The position numbers and the translations under genes are program-made. The notes below the pieces were generated by a model, which had not been told where the DNA came from, made no database searches, and saw only the letters and a list, made by a program, of their open reading frames with translations. Shown piece after piece: positions 9,507 to 18,668 of a stretch of 52,385 nucleotides of DNA. The DNA is from a virus (Duplodnaviria; Caudoviricetes). Location: the IMG/VR virus record IMGVR_UViG_3300022602_000137, positions 1 through 52,385 of that record; one strand, written 5' to 3'. The stretch's first letter is position 1. The number at the start of each line of letters is the position of its first letter.

Positions 9507-10501
9507 TATACTTTTTCCTTTTCTGGGTATCGTGCTTGAAATGGTTCTGCGTATGACTGAATATTATCAGCAATCTTTTTCATGTCCCAAGCATTACAAA
9601 ACTTGAGCATACGAATACCAACTTGGCTAACATCTTTAGGTTTAGCATTAGCCGCAATTGTCTCTTTAATTTTAACTTTGATATCTTCGGGTTGTGCTGT
9701 TAAGTCGCATAGTTGTACATTACGTTGGTAATCTTCTAGGACTCTATGTTCTTGTCCGTTGTGGTCTACCCACCGTTGCAACATTAGATTGTTCCAATTG
9801 AACCCCTTAGTCTTGCGGTCAGCGAAGGCCTCTTGTAAACCAACCTTATTCTTGGAACCTTTAGTACGTACTCCTGGATATGCGGAAAAGACGTTGTCGC
9901 TGGTATCGCCACGCATACACTTTTCAAACAACATCCATTCTGGGTCTTGCGCAGGTTTGGGTTCGCCTGTTTTCTTATCTTTAACTGGTTTACCTTTAGC
10001 ATCAAATGTACCCTCATGAGTAATATGTAAATCTCCAACACCATTATATTGGCTGACTGTGGGACTTACTAACTGTGCAAAATCACCATCTGTTGAAATA
10101 ATAACGTGTTTATCTTGAGGATGTGCTTGTACCCATCCAGCAATAAGATCATCTGCTTCTAAATTAGGATGCTGTAATACAGTACAGTTAGTTTTCTCTG
10201 TAATGAAATTTTTAAACTCGTCAAATGCTTCCCAGAACAATTTGTCTTCATCTTGTTCTTTCTGCGTCATAGCCGCACGAGTTTCTTGCCGATTTGCTTT
10301 GTAAGGCTTGTAATAGTCTTTACGCCAGCTACGACCTTCGAGGCAGAATACTACGTGAGTGCCACTGAAGTCTTGCCATGCTTTCTTGATACTGTTAAAA
10401 GTAATATGGAAGGCCATTCCAAGTTTGATATCAGATGACCCTTGAACTACGTGTCTAGCACGAAAAAATGTGTTAGCAGTATCAACTATAATATATGTCA
10501 T
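9506..10501 (-). CDS. rnh: T4 RNase H-like 5'-3' exonuclease/flap endonuclease
   Basis: IVDTAN, SWRK..YKANR, EADD, STDGDF, GDTSDN (FEN/PIN-like acidic motifs). Confidence 0.9.
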   Translation of the reverse strand: MTYIIVDTANTFFRARHVVQGSSDIKLGMAFHITFNSIKKAWQDFSGTHVVFCLEGRSWRKDYYKPYKANRQETRAAMTQKEQDEDKLFWEAFDEFKNFITEKTNCTVLQHPNLEADDLIAGWVQAHPQDKHVIISTDGDFAQLVSPTVSQYNGVGDLHITHEGTFDAKGKPVKDKKTGEPKPAQDPEWMLFEKCMRGDTSDNVFSAYPGVRTKGSKNKVGLQEAFADRKTKGFNWNNLMLQRWVDHNGQEHRVLEDYQRNVQLCDLTAQPEDIKVKIKETIAANAKPKDVSQVGIRMLKFCNAWDMKKIADNIQSYAEPFQARYPEKEKV

Positions 10502-10953
10502 TCTACAGATGCTTTCCCGTTTCCGAGTTTGTTTACATTAATAAAACCAGCGCCGACACGTTCTGGTTCAGCAACACCTTCTTCAGCTAGCATATTACGA
10601 GCCAAATCACGGAACCAACGATCGACAATCTCTTCTTCTGGATCACCATCAAAACCATATCCAGCTTGTTTTAATTGTAACACAAATTCGTCATTCCAGT
10701 CAAGCTCAAAGAATCCGTTTCTAACGTTTTCTTTATTAACATGTGTATCCAAAACTGCTACATACGGCTCCCCTCGAGCAGTAGCACGATCTTTTGGAGT
10801 CATCTTTGCTTGCTCTGCGGCTTTTTCAGCTTCAACAACTTCTTCTAATCGCTGTTTGGCTAACTTTTCAGCCACTGCCGCTTCAGCCAATGCTTGATCT
10901 TTTTGAGCCTCAATTTTATCAATGCCAAATAATTTTTTAATTAATTTTTTCAT
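10498..10953 (-). CDS. hypothetical phage protein
   Basis: Start moved to MKKLIKKLFG; coiled N-half, FFELDWN segment. Confidence 0.75.
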   Translation of the reverse strand: MKKLIKKLFGIDKIEAQKDQALAEAAVAEKLAKQRLEEVVEAEKAAEQAKMTPKDRATARGEPYVAVLDTHVNKENVRNGFFELDWNDEFVLQLKQAGYGFDGDPEEEIVDRWFRDLARNMLAEEGVAEPERVGAGFINVNKLGNGKASVE

Positions 10954-11086
10954 TTTTCTTCTCACAATCGCAAGGTAATCTACCTTGTTTACAATTTCCA
11001 CTACAGCCATGACATCCACGTAAAAATTTAACAATTAGATATATTGCTATACTCCATCCTAATATAAGACAAATCCAAAAAAACAT
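10937..11086 (-). CDS. small membrane-anchored Cys-rich protein (not in ORF track)
   Basis: 49 aa MFFWICLILGWSIAIYLIVKFLRGCHGCSGNCKQGRLPCDC..., AGGAG RBS. Confidence 0.7.
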   Translation of the reverse strand: MFFWICLILGWSIAIYLIVKFLRGCHGCSGNCKQGRLPCDCEKKNEKIN

Positions 11087-11095
11087 AATTATCTC

Positions 11096-11263
11096 CTAGA
11101 TTTCCGTACGACCAATAAACCATCTGCGAGCAAATTTGCTATACCTTACTCGATATAATTTATTACCTAATCTAATTCTAAATCCAAAACTACTAATGCT
11201 AGTTAACGGATAAAAATTTATACCGTTACTAACTTTATCACCTTCGTGTCTAAAATATATCAT
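11096..11263 (-). CDS. small hypothetical protein (not in ORF track)
   Basis: 55 aa MIYFRHEGDK..., TGATG coupling to queE stop, fills gap. Confidence 0.6.
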   Translation of the reverse strand: MIYFRHEGDKVSNGINFYPLTSISSFGFRIRLGNKLYRVRYSKFARRWFIGRTEI

Positions 11264-12117
11264 CAAGTTCCCCACTCATTTTTAAATAACGGTACTTGTA
11301 GTCTGTCGCTATAACGTAAGCCATGTTTCATAGCCATGTCAGCAACGGCTCTGTTATTAAGAGCATAAACGCTTTCAACACCACCAACTGGCATTAAATA
11401 GACATGTCCTTTAAATCCTGCGGCACGATATTCGCTTGTGGCTTTAAGAGCGTAATCTCGATCTGCCTCTGTAGAAATAACAAACTTTAAGTATGCTGTG
11501 CCTACTTGTTCATATTCGCAAACTACTTCTGGCAGTATTGCTTCTTCCCACTTTTCTCCACTACACGGAAGTTTAGCACTTACGCTAAATGTAATCTCGC
11601 GATTCTTCCACTTGCTCCATTCTTGTAAATATGATTTGAACTCTGGAGTTAATTTTTGAGTACCGTTTGTCTCAAACGTAATCTCTTTTAGTCCTGCCAT
11701 TTTAGGATGATCTAACAAGTCTGGATAAGCACGTTGCCAACCTAACAAAGGCTCGCCACCTGTAATAACCAGATGTTCATCTAACCATTCTCCGTGCGGA
11801 AGAATTTCCATAATACGGTCTGTAATGGCATCGCTAGTAAGCATTGGCGATAAATCTTTAAAAGTAGGATGCCAACTAGCATAGCTATCGCAACCTGTAG
11901 AAACTAAAGGAAGTTCGTTATAAGTTTGCCACTTATTATACTTGATTTGTTTCTCAGCTAATACATCTGCTTCTCCGCTTATTGTACCCAGCGGCATGCC
12001 AAAGCCAGCACATTTAAAGTTACAACCGAATGTACGTAAGAAAACAGACGGAACACCCATGTACCGTCCTTCACCTTGAATTGAATAAAACAATTCTGCT
12101 ATTTTTAATTTACTCAT
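11263..12117 (-). CDS. queE: 7-carboxy-7-deazaguanine synthase (radical SAM)
   Basis: ELFYSIQGEG..G.PSVFLR, CNFKC...GCDS, VITGGEP, FETNG, RLQ near C-terminus. Confidence 0.9.
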   Translation of the reverse strand: MSKLKIAELFYSIQGEGRYMGVPSVFLRTFGCNFKCAGFGMPLGTISGEADVLAEKQIKYNKWQTYNELPLVSTGCDSYASWHPTFKDLSPMLTSDAITDRIMEILPHGEWLDEHLVITGGEPLLGWQRAYPDLLDHPKMAGLKEITFETNGTQKLTPEFKSYLQEWSKWKNREITFSVSAKLPCSGEKWEEAILPEVVCEYEQVGTAYLKFVISTEADRDYALKATSEYRAAGFKGHVYLMPVGGVESVYALNNRAVADMAMKHGLRYSDRLQVPLFKNEWGT

Positions 12118-12578
12118 ACACAATCACCTTGTTCCGCTAATTTACCTGTTGCTGACTTTTCTTTACGGTCTTCTTTAAACAGTTTAACATCTTTAATAGC
12201 AGATTTCAATGTTTCTGAGTAGTTAAGAGCTTGTTGTTCGGTCATAGTGACTGTAGTTTGGGCGGTAATAGTACCGGTTATCCAAACTTCCCAAGTTAAT
12301 TTAGCTTTACGAATTAAACTGTTAATAAGATCTTTCCAAAACCAATCAAATTCTTCTAACCAAACATTTTTAATATCATAACGTTTTTCAAATGTGTCAG
12401 TCCAGTAGTTTGTTTTAACAGTGGAATAGATGTTTACGTTAACACCCATCTCATCTGCTTCGACTTCTACTGTTTGATCGTGATAATCTTGTCCGCAACC
12501 ACAAGTAACTTTATACCACTTACTATTACCAAAATCGTTTGTTTTTAAAATGCCTTCTGCCGGTGTTTGTGCTTTCAT
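12114..12578 (-). CDS. hypothetical phage protein
   Basis: 154 aa with CGCG..H motif. Confidence 0.75.
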   Translation of the reverse strand: MKAQTPAEGILKTNDFGNSKWYKVTCGCGQDYHDQTVEVEADEMGVNVNIYSTVKTNYWTDTFEKRYDIKNVWLEEFDWFWKDLINSLIRKAKLTWEVWITGTITAQTTVTMTEQQALNYSETLKSAIKDVKLFKEDRKEKSATGKLAEQGDCV

Positions 12579-12793
12579 ACTGATTCACCAAACCATTCGT
12601 CAACCATTTGTTCTGCTTCGTGTTGTGTTAACGCAAGAACAAATATACGGGCCAGTTGTCCCTGAGTATGTTGTACGCTAAATCGAACAACACCCTGTAA
12701 CGGAATATCGTTAAATTCACGCTCAACTATGAATTCTTTTAAATTTTTAGCACGATCGATTAATTGATCAGTTAGGTCTTTTGCTGTTGTCAT
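12575..12793 (-). CDS. hypothetical phage protein
   Basis: 72-aa ORF in operon. Confidence 0.7.
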   Translation of the reverse strand: MTTAKDLTDQLIDRAKNLKEFIVEREFNDIPLQGVVRFSVQHTQGQLARIFVLALTQHEAEQMVDEWFGESV

Positions 12794-13022
12794 ATCTAGC
12801 CTTTTCTAATTCTAATTTTCTTATTTTGGATTTTAATTCCGCAACATCTTGCGTTAAACTTTGATTTAAATTTTTTGATATTTTTAATTCTTCAGTCAGT
12901 TCAGTTTCGAGTTCTTTTAACAACCGCTTTTTATATTCACGGTCGCTGTCAAATCTCCAATTATGGCCAACAAGGATTCCTAAACCCATTACAATTAAAA
13001 GAAGTATTAAATCACTAGTCAT
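12768..13022 (-). CDS. membrane-anchored coiled-coil protein
   Basis: N-terminal hydrophobic helix then heptad-rich segment. Confidence 0.7.
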   Translation of the reverse strand: MTSDLILLLIVMGLGILVGHNWRFDSDREYKKRLLKELETELTEELKISKNLNQSLTQDVAELKSKIRKLELEKARYDNSKRPN

Positions 13023-13783
13023 CGCGGAGCAAACTCCTGTTGTAGTTTAATATTGTCAAAGAATTCTTTCTTTGTATTACCGTCGGTATTGAACGCACCT
13101 TTGAGTACTGTTGTCTGTGTTAGACTAGAGTGTGCCATAATACCGCGATTCTCGCAACACCCGTGAGTTGCTTGAATGTATACTGCTACGTTTTCTGATT
13201 CTGTGGCTTTTTGGATTTCCCTAGCAATGTCATTACAGAGTTCTTCTTGTAACGTGCCACGGCGAGCACACCACTGAGCGATCCGAGTATACTTAGATAA
13301 ACCGATAAGTTTGTTAGCGGCGATAATGCCAATATAAGCAACACCACTAACAGGCTGATGGTGATGACTGCACATGCTTCGTAGCTCAGAGCGAACCACA
13401 AGCATACCCTCATAGCGGTCTTCTGAATCGTTTGGAAATGCTGTTGCGTCTGGTCCTGCTTCATAACGTCCTGCCATTATTTCATTAAAATACATTTTAG
13501 CTAGTCGTCTAGCAGTGCCTTTTGAGTTAGGATCGTTTTCACGATCAATAAGCAATCGATCTAATACTAGTTCAAAGGCCTCTGTTGCTTCATCGATTAA
13601 TCGTTCTTTTTTCTGTTCGTCGACATATTCGCTAATATTGTCTCCAGCCCAGAAACGTTTGCCTTCGCGTTTCATTTGAAAACGAATGACATCTGCTAGA
13701 TGTGCTTCTTTGTAGCCTTTGTCGCTCATATCATCTGCGCCTTTAAGTACGTTTTGAAGGTCTTCTGTTGTAAATGTTGTCAA
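13019..13783 (-). CDS. folE: GTP cyclohydrolase I
   Basis: TARRLAKMY, SMCSHH, IGLSK, LQE, HGCCENRG; TTG start with GGAG RBS. Confidence 0.95.
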   Translation of the reverse strand: MTTFTTEDLQNVLKGADDMSDKGYKEAHLADVIRFQMKREGKRFWAGDNISEYVDEQKKERLIDEATEAFELVLDRLLIDRENDPNSKGTARRLAKMYFNEIMAGRYEAGPDATAFPNDSEDRYEGMLVVRSELRSMCSHHHQPVSGVAYIGIIAANKLIGLSKYTRIAQWCARRGTLQEELCNDIAREIQKATESENVAVYIQATHGCCENRGIMAHSSLTQTTVLKGAFNTDGNTKKEFFDNIKLQQEFAPR

Positions 13784-13828
13784 TTTATAATACTCCGATG
13801 TTAAGCCAGTGGATTGGCATATATTTTT

Positions 13829-13857
13829 ATTATACAGGTTTATTTAGGTTTTTTCAA
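13829..13857 (-). promoter_or_regulatory. sigma70-like promoter (with TAAATA in spacer) for folE-queE block
   Basis: TTGAAA-17nt-TATAAT; TAAATA at 13841-13846. Confidence 0.7.
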
Positions 13858-14067
13858 GTCTTCTTGAGAATATTTTGCTCGAAGTTTGCGACAACCTTCT
13901 TTTACTTCAATAGGATAGTCTGGACTAATTTCTGCTATTGAACAATCATATTTTACAACTAAATGCGGATTAGAATAGTTCCACCAAACAGCAAATATCA
14001 TTCCTAAAAATCCTAATAGGATCACAGCATAAAAATCTAAATTTTCTCTGATACTAGTATTCGACAT
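13840..14067 (-). CDS. small membrane protein
   Basis: One hydrophobic helix followed by C..C pair; start uncertain. Confidence 0.65.
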   Translation of the reverse strand: MSNTSIRENLDFYAVILLGFLGMIFAVWWNYSNPHLVVKYDCSIAEISPDYPIEVKEGCRKLRAKYSQEDLKKPK

Positions 14068-14294
14068 AATTGTGCATCCTTTTCTGATTTAAAATAAAAG
14101 TCCATGTACTCTGCTGTAGGATGACTAGTGAATCGGTCTCCCGGTAATCCGAATACTTCCATAATATCAGCACATGCCTCGTTCCACCAAACGCCTGATT
14201 GTCCGGTCCACGGTAGTCGAACTACATGGACATGACCTTTATCACGTGCCGGGATTCGACTGTCCCAATTAATGTGTTTTTTGCTCAGGCGCAT
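14037..14294 (-). CDS. hypothetical phage protein
   Basis: 85 aa; C-terminal FKSEKD resembles FESEKE of 4292-4579. Confidence 0.7.
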   Translation of the reverse strand: MRLSKKHINWDSRIPARDKGHVHVVRLPWTGQSGVWWNEACADIMEVFGLPGDRFTSHPTAEYMDFYFKSEKDAQLCRILVSEKI

Positions 14295-14460
14295 GTTGTT
14301 GTTTTAACTGTTCAATTTGATCTTTAAGATGAAGTTTTTGTTTTTTTAAATCGTTTAGTCGTTCATCTTCATAAACACCAGTGCTTTCTAAACCATGAAT
14401 TTGTTTATCAAGGGCATGGTGTGCTTCTTCTAAATGAGCTATACGTCTTTCCCAGGTCAT
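14269..14460 (-). CDS. DUF465/YdcH-like coiled-coil protein
   Basis: L.E.HH.LD.QI...LKKQKL.LKDQI pattern. Confidence 0.75.
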   Translation of the reverse strand: MTWERRIAHLEEAHHALDKQIHGLESTGVYEDERLNDLKKQKLHLKDQIEQLKQQHAPEQKTH

Positions 14461-14612
14461 TGCTGTTTCCTTTCTGCTAGTTTAAGTTCATCTTTTAGAT
14501 AATCAAGATATGATATCAAAACTTCTCTGCCTTTTTCTTGATCAATATGTTTAATATCTTCTTGAACTTTATCGATCTTTTCTTGAAGTTCTTGAACGCT
14601 TAGTTCTCTCAT
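14457..14612 (-). CDS. small hypothetical protein (not in ORF track)
   Basis: 51 aa MRELSVQELQEK..., ATGA overlaps at both ends. Confidence 0.65.
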   Translation of the reverse strand: MRELSVQELQEKIDKVQEDIKHIDQEKGREVLISYLDYLKDELKLAERKQQ

Positions 14613-14806
14613 TTTTTAGATCCAAATCGAACACCCGTGATTGGCGCAATTAACAAGAAATATGCTAACCAAGTTTGCCATGTATATGGAATAGCCAATG
14701 CTGGAAACAATGTGTTTAATGCCCAAATTCCAACAAGTGGGCCAAACACTACGGCAATTATAATCAATACAATGCCAAATATAAGTTTAAGTAATGCTGA
14801 GGTCAT
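14609..14806 (-). CDS. small membrane protein
   Basis: Two hydrophobic segments; start MTSALL overlaps PRTase stop. Confidence 0.7.
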   Translation of the reverse strand: MTSALLKLIFGIVLIIIAVVFGPLVGIWALNTLFPALAIPYTWQTWLAYFLLIAPITGVRFGSKK

Positions 14807-15324
14807 AACCAAAAATCCTCCCAGGGATAAACCAACCAACAATCTTCTTCTGCTTTATTGACTTCCCATACCGAGTAGTCAACTGTTTCTTTGCTAGCTA
14901 GATTGTTAGTAAGCGTAGCAAAGCGTACATTTTGTCCCCATACATGTCCCCAGCGAGCATCGTTGGGTAAACAACTAGATTGCCAATCTTGTTTGATCCA
15001 AGCAATCGTTGATCCTTGATCATTAATATCATCAACTACAAGGATGTTTTTACATAGTGGATCCCCATCCTTTTCAGCGGCGTTAAATCCATACGCATCT
15101 TCAGCCATGCCGCAGTTACTAACAGTATCGCCACCGTCACGTAAGCTAACATCTAAGGACTTCATAGGCACTTCTAAATATTGACTTAACAGTACAGCAG
15201 GAACTAAACCGCCTCGAGTAATTCCAACAATGTAATCAGGTCGCCAATTACTATTATTAATTTGTCTAGCAATATCTAAGCAAGCACCCTCTACTTGTTG
15301 CCAACTATAATAAATTTTCTTCAT
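14803..15324 (-). CDS. type I phosphoribosyltransferase (xanthine/guanine PRT-like)
   Basis: SWQQVE, IVGITRGGLVPA, PRPP loop ILVVDDINDQGST, C-terminal WLVYPWE. Confidence 0.88.
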   Translation of the reverse strand: MKKIYYSWQQVEGACLDIARQINNSNWRPDYIVGITRGGLVPAVLLSQYLEVPMKSLDVSLRDGGDTVSNCGMAEDAYGFNAAEKDGDPLCKNILVVDDINDQGSTIAWIKQDWQSSCLPNDARWGHVWGQNVRFATLTNNLASKETVDYSVWEVNKAEEDCWLVYPWEDFWL

Positions 15325-15539
15325 TGTAAAATATCTGGTATAAATTTTTTAACTTGACTACGACTAGCAGAAATGCTATCAACCATTTGATTATAATCAA
15401 TTTCGCTAAGGCTTGTTTTATAAATGCTAAGAGCTTGTGTCATCATAATTGCGGCAACCTCCATGGCACCGTATTCCTCAACCATATGTGCTGTTACTTC
15501 TAACATTTCATTGTATAATACTTCTAATTGATCAGCCAT
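15321..15539 (-). CDS. hypothetical phage protein
   Basis: 72-aa ORF. Confidence 0.7.
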   Translation of the reverse strand: MADQLEVLYNEMLEVTAHMVEEYGAMEVAAIMMTQALSIYKTSLSEIDYNQMVDSISASRSQVKKFIPDILQ

Positions 15540-15759
15540 TTAAAAGTCCTTTACACAGTACTTCTAAATCTTCCTGAGTCATAAAAAAGTTATATGTTTG
15601 TGAGTCCATAACCTCACCGTCTTTAAGACTTTCTTGAATAAAGTCTAAGGAATATAATCCTTTAGGAGCAAGTACTTCGTGCTGTGTCACACGCATACGG
15701 TAACTGTCATTTTCTTTAACAGTAAACTTCTTTTGTTTAATTGATTCATGTAACATCAT
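15532..15759 (-). CDS. hypothetical phage protein
   Basis: Start MMLHES with AGGAG RBS. Confidence 0.7.
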   Translation of the reverse strand: MMLHESIKQKKFTVKENDSYRMRVTQHEVLAPKGLYSLDFIQESLKDGEVMDSQTYNFFMTQEDLEVLCKGLLNG

Positions 15760-16087
15760 CTTCTCCTTTAATTGCTTCAAATGTTCTGTATTTTGCCAAA
15801 GCATTTACATACTCATCGTATAATTTTTTTAACTTTGGATGCTTTTTTTCTAGTATAACATCTCTTTCTGGAATTGCCAAGACTTTTTCAATTGTATTCA
15901 ACCGTTCTTCTAGATCAACTCCGTTGATAACCATATTACCCCTAACTTCTATAGTAGGAGGATTAGTCTGCTTAACAGACATTACTGTATCGTAGTTATT
16001 ATTAGGAACTGTCCAATTTGTTGTACTAGTACCAGTTGAGTACAATACAGAATTACTAGGTATAGTAGTTGCGGTTAGACTAGTCAT
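15746..16087 (-). CDS. hypothetical phage protein, Ser/Thr-rich N-terminus
   Basis: Start MTSLTA overlapping cupin end; C-terminal helix HPKLKKLYDEY. Confidence 0.7.
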   Translation of the reverse strand: MTSLTATTIPSNSVLYSTGTSTTNWTVPNNNYDTVMSVKQTNPPTIEVRGNMVINGVDLEERLNTIEKVLAIPERDVILEKKHPKLKKLYDEYVNALAKYRTFEAIKGEDDVT

Positions 16088-16559
16088 GTTGTTTCCGTGA
16101 AGCGAGATACTCATCGTTATGAATCCATTTATTTTTTACAAGGAATCCCCACTCTCGTTTTTGTGGACCAGGCATAAACAAAGTCCAACACTGTATTGTA
16201 GGATCGATTTCGATCCTATGAAAGCTATTTGCTCGGCAGAATCGAAAATGGCCAGGGCCACGCCACTTGCCTATTTCACAAGTCTTTTCGCCGTTACTAT
16301 TAAACTGAGGAATAAATTCCCAATAACCGCCTTTTAAAATAAGTGTAAAATATCCCCACGGATGATCATGAACGTCATCTGGATCACCTTTTAAAAAGTG
16401 ATGTAAAAAAATATTAAATGGAAAGTTCTTACGGTCTTTTAAAAACAAATAATAACGTTCAAGATATGGTTCGTTACAAATACGATCCATGACTATACGT
16501 TTACGACCGCAATGGTCTAACCAATTAAGGACGCGGTCTTTCATCTTCTGGGGTATCAT
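16080..16559 (-). CDS. cupin-fold protein (possible metal-dependent oxygenase/isomerase)
   Basis: HDHPW....LILKGGYWE (cupin motif 1) and FHRI (motif 2). Confidence 0.8.
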   Translation of the reverse strand: MIPQKMKDRVLNWLDHCGRKRIVMDRICNEPYLERYYLFLKDRKNFPFNIFLHHFLKGDPDDVHDHPWGYFTLILKGGYWEFIPQFNSNGEKTCEIGKWRGPGHFRFCRANSFHRIEIDPTIQCWTLFMPGPQKREWGFLVKNKWIHNDEYLASRKQHD

Positions 16560-16980
16560 AATGATCTTTCACTAGTTTATAGGTTGTTACAAATTTTTCG
16601 TATGCTATTTTTAATGCCGGATATTGCTCACACATTTCCTTAACACGATCAAAATCAGGAAATGCATTGACCCACTCAACAGGAAAAGATTGTGACCATT
16701 CATAACCGGTTCCTGCTCCTCCACTACCGATCGGACCAATGCTAATAGTTCCAGATGATGTGATACCGTTGCTGATAACATATCCACCACCACCACCGTT
16801 AGATATAGTTATATTACCAGCCCCACTGCCACTAATTCCAGTGCCGGTATAGTAAACGGAACTGGTATTGCTACTAGTTATTGTAATAGCGTCTGGCAGT
16901 ATTGTGCTTACATCTTGCGCTATAAAACCAGTATCACTTGATATTGTCAAGTAGTCCTGTTGCACTAAAGAATCGTTCAT
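16525..16980 (-). CDS. hypothetical phage protein, Gly/Ser/Thr-rich
   Basis: Low-complexity N-half, C-terminal YPALKIAYEKF; start uncertain. Confidence 0.7.
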   Translation of the reverse strand: MNDSLVQQDYLTISSDTGFIAQDVSTILPDAITITSSNTSSVYYTGTGISGSGAGNITISNGGGGGYVISNGITSSGTISIGPIGSGGAGTGYEWSQSFPVEWVNAFPDFDRVKEMCEQYPALKIAYEKFVTTYKLVKDHYDTPEDERPRP

Positions 16981-18025
16981 GTAAATCCCTTGCTTGTTTG
17001 CGGATGGACGGTATCCTTGTAGAATAATTATCCATATGTTCCATTATCTTACCGCATAAATCTGGTCTATATACTGTGTAGGCGTCGTAACTTTCAGTCC
17101 ACTTACTAGGATACTTGAACGTATCGTAATACATTTCTGTATAACTTAAACGATCCGGCACCATGGGAATAGCATCGACTACCGCACCTTCATAGCAACT
17201 AATGCCTAAAGTTTCTTGTAAGTTAGCACTAAACACCATCTTTGCTTCGCCTAACAAGTTATGATATTCATTTTTTGTTAGTTGTTGATCCTGACACACT
17301 ACAAACTCATACTGCGGTAAGTGTGTAGCTAAGTCTCGAAAAATCTCAACTTGCTTCTCTGGTGCGATACGATGCGGAAAAAGAATAAGGTCACGCTTGG
17401 GCATATTCTTATACATGGTTAATGTATCTTCCATATACTCCATTGGCCAACCTGTGCGTACATACTTTTTATCTTCAAGCATATCTGCTTTATCCTCTTC
17501 TTCCCAAGGATTTTCAATCATTCCATCATTAAGTAAATTATGATGAAACATATCAATATGGAACTGAGTAGCAAAATAATTATGATCAAATGCCGCAAAG
17601 AAACTTTTCTCAGCGTGTCGTACCCAGGGTTTATTGCCAACTAGTCTACCTAAGAAGTCTTGAGGATCATATGATCCAGCATGCCATAAGCCATGTGTAG
17701 TTACTGGAATATTCAGTAGTTCACTCATGTACTTTAAGTTTATGATACCAGGGTGCCAAGCATCAGTAAAGATAAAGTGATCGCCAGGTTGAACTGATCC
17801 GGAGCAAAATAGGCGCCCCATTTGCTCAACTTGTCGAGACTTATATATATTGGTGCCACCAAAATTAAGAAAAGCACCAGGAGTAGTGGCTGTAGGAATA
17901 TCCGTAGGCCCAGATATAACTTGAACATTGTGTCCTGCCTTTCGTAAGAGAGCAGGCACATGAGTCTTCCATTGACTCGTGTACCTTGTCTCAACAGCTT
18001 CTAGATCAATTAGAAATACGGTCAT
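16934..18025 (-). CDS. GT-B fold (GT4-like) glycosyltransferase
   Basis: FPHRIAPEK donor-binding R/K segment; ETLGISCYE = E-x7-E motif. Confidence 0.85.
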   Translation of the reverse strand: MTVFLIDLEAVETRYTSQWKTHVPALLRKAGHNVQVISGPTDIPTATTPGAFLNFGGTNIYKSRQVEQMGRLFCSGSVQPGDHFIFTDAWHPGIINLKYMSELLNIPVTTHGLWHAGSYDPQDFLGRLVGNKPWVRHAEKSFFAAFDHNYFATQFHIDMFHHNLLNDGMIENPWEEEDKADMLEDKKYVRTGWPMEYMEDTLTMYKNMPKRDLILFPHRIAPEKQVEIFRDLATHLPQYEFVVCQDQQLTKNEYHNLLGEAKMVFSANLQETLGISCYEGAVVDAIPMVPDRLSYTEMYYDTFKYPSKWTESYDAYTVYRPDLCGKIMEHMDNYSTRIPSIRKQARDLHERFFSATGLLDNIK

Positions 18026-18266
18026 TATTGTATCTCGGATTCTTACCTAAATATGGTTTACGTTCACGAGTACCATCTGGACGTTTAGGTCGACGGCTCT
18101 TTTCAAAATTACGCCATACCCAACTTTCTCTATTATACAGATGACTTTCATCAAATGGATGAAGTTCAATACGGCAGTAATTGTGGAATGCCTCTAAGTC
18201 GTCAAAGATTTTGACGATATCAGGGCGGGTTTCGAAATAGTTGATTTCTTTGTAGTTCTTAGCCAT
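18006..18266 (-). CDS. hypothetical phage protein
   Basis: 86 aa, GAGG RBS. Confidence 0.75.
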   Translation of the reverse strand: MAKNYKEINYFETRPDIVKIFDDLEAFHNYCRIELHPFDESHLYNRESWVWRNFEKSRRPKRPDGTRERKPYLGKNPRYNNDRISN

Positions 18267-18278
18267 TGCAGCCTCTTA

Positions 18279-18668
18279 TTAGTATTTGATGAATGAACCA
18301 TTTTCTCCGTCTTCGGAGACCTCAATCCAAACCTCACGGTCTGGATACTTCTTGCTAATAGCGTCATACAGGTCGTCTGACATCATTTCGCAACTTTTAA
18401 AATCAAGATCGAGAATGTCTTGATTATAAAGGCTTTCACACCAGCGTTTAAATTGAATAAATTCAATATCACGATCGTTGTGTTTAACACTAATCCATAC
18501 TTTAAAATGGAATATATGTCTATGTGCGTTTGCTAAGAAACTAACATCGTACTCTCCTGCTGTACACAAATTAGGATCAGTAGCCGCCGCTGGATATCTA
18601 TGAATACCTTCTTTGCGAAAGGTAACCCAGATCATTTTGTTAGGTCTAATATCTTGTTTAATAATCAT
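18279..18668 (-). CDS. QueD/PTPS-like T-fold protein (divergent)
   Basis: H then HRH.F.FKV Zn-ligand pattern, IEF, SCE, IEVSED; context with folE/queE. Confidence 0.7.
   Translation of the reverse strand: MIIKQDIRPNKMIWVTFRKEGIHRYPAAATDPNLCTAGEYDVSFLANAHRHIFHFKVWISVKHNDRDIEFIQFKRWCESLYNQDILDLDFKSCEMMSDDLYDAISKKYPDREVWIEVSEDGENGSFIKY

Noticed and set aside
13778-13783. TTGACA at the folE start as a -35 box
   Set aside because: No -10 at proper spacing; it is the TTG-ACA start of the ORF with GGAG upstream
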